From Camelus ferus (taxonomy: Eukaryota): a stretch of 64,000 bases of DNA. This document shows positions 63,929 through 64,000 of the stretch, one piece after another. The stretch lies in NCBI RefSeq assembly GCF_009834535.1, contig NC_045696.1:89654001-89718000 (forward strand), written 5' to 3'. The number at the start of each line of letters is the position of its first letter. Position 1 is the stretch's first letter. The translations under genes and the position numbers were made by a program. The notes under the pieces are model-generated. The model was not told where the DNA came from. It did not search any database and saw only the letters and a program-made list of their open reading frames with translations.

Positions 63929-64000
63929 CTTTTTTTTTTTAACATTTTTTTATTGAGTTATAGTCATTTTACAATGTTGTGTCAAATTCCAGTGTAGAGA
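63929..64000 (-). mobile_element. young L1 3' end (continues beyond the window)
   Basis: polyT-aacattttttttattgagttatagtcattttacaatgttgtgtcaaattccagtgtagag; same subfamily as 29878-29995. Confidence 0.9.

Overview
Eutherian mammalian genomic DNA, very likely camelid (alpaca/llama/camel). This is inferred from three tRNA-Ala-derived SINEs of the vic-1 type and cetartiodactyl-type L1 3' ends. The window is AT-rich, CpG-poor and repeat-dense, and is intronic or intergenic. I cannot support any host protein-coding exon, RNA gene, CpG island or CRISPR array. The supplied ORFs are chance ORFs or decayed transposon sequence. Content: L1 fragments of several ages (many with readable target-site duplications, TSDs), a 3'-truncated L1 keeping its 5'UTR and ORF1 start, two ERV1-like solo LTRs, MaLR/MER21/ERVL LTR remnants, hAT MITEs, MIRs, L2s and microsatellites. 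Repeat-poor islands between them carry candidate enhancer motifs. The most notable observations are a twin-primed L1 with a tiny non-inverted segment, an internally primed L1, a triple AGTTCA (DR6+DR5) candidate RARE, paired palindromic GATA sites and an unassigned nested-palindrome insertion at 53760-53868. I found no convincing new biological system. Repeat family names are from recall of consensus sequences, not database searches, and boundaries without TSDs are approximate.
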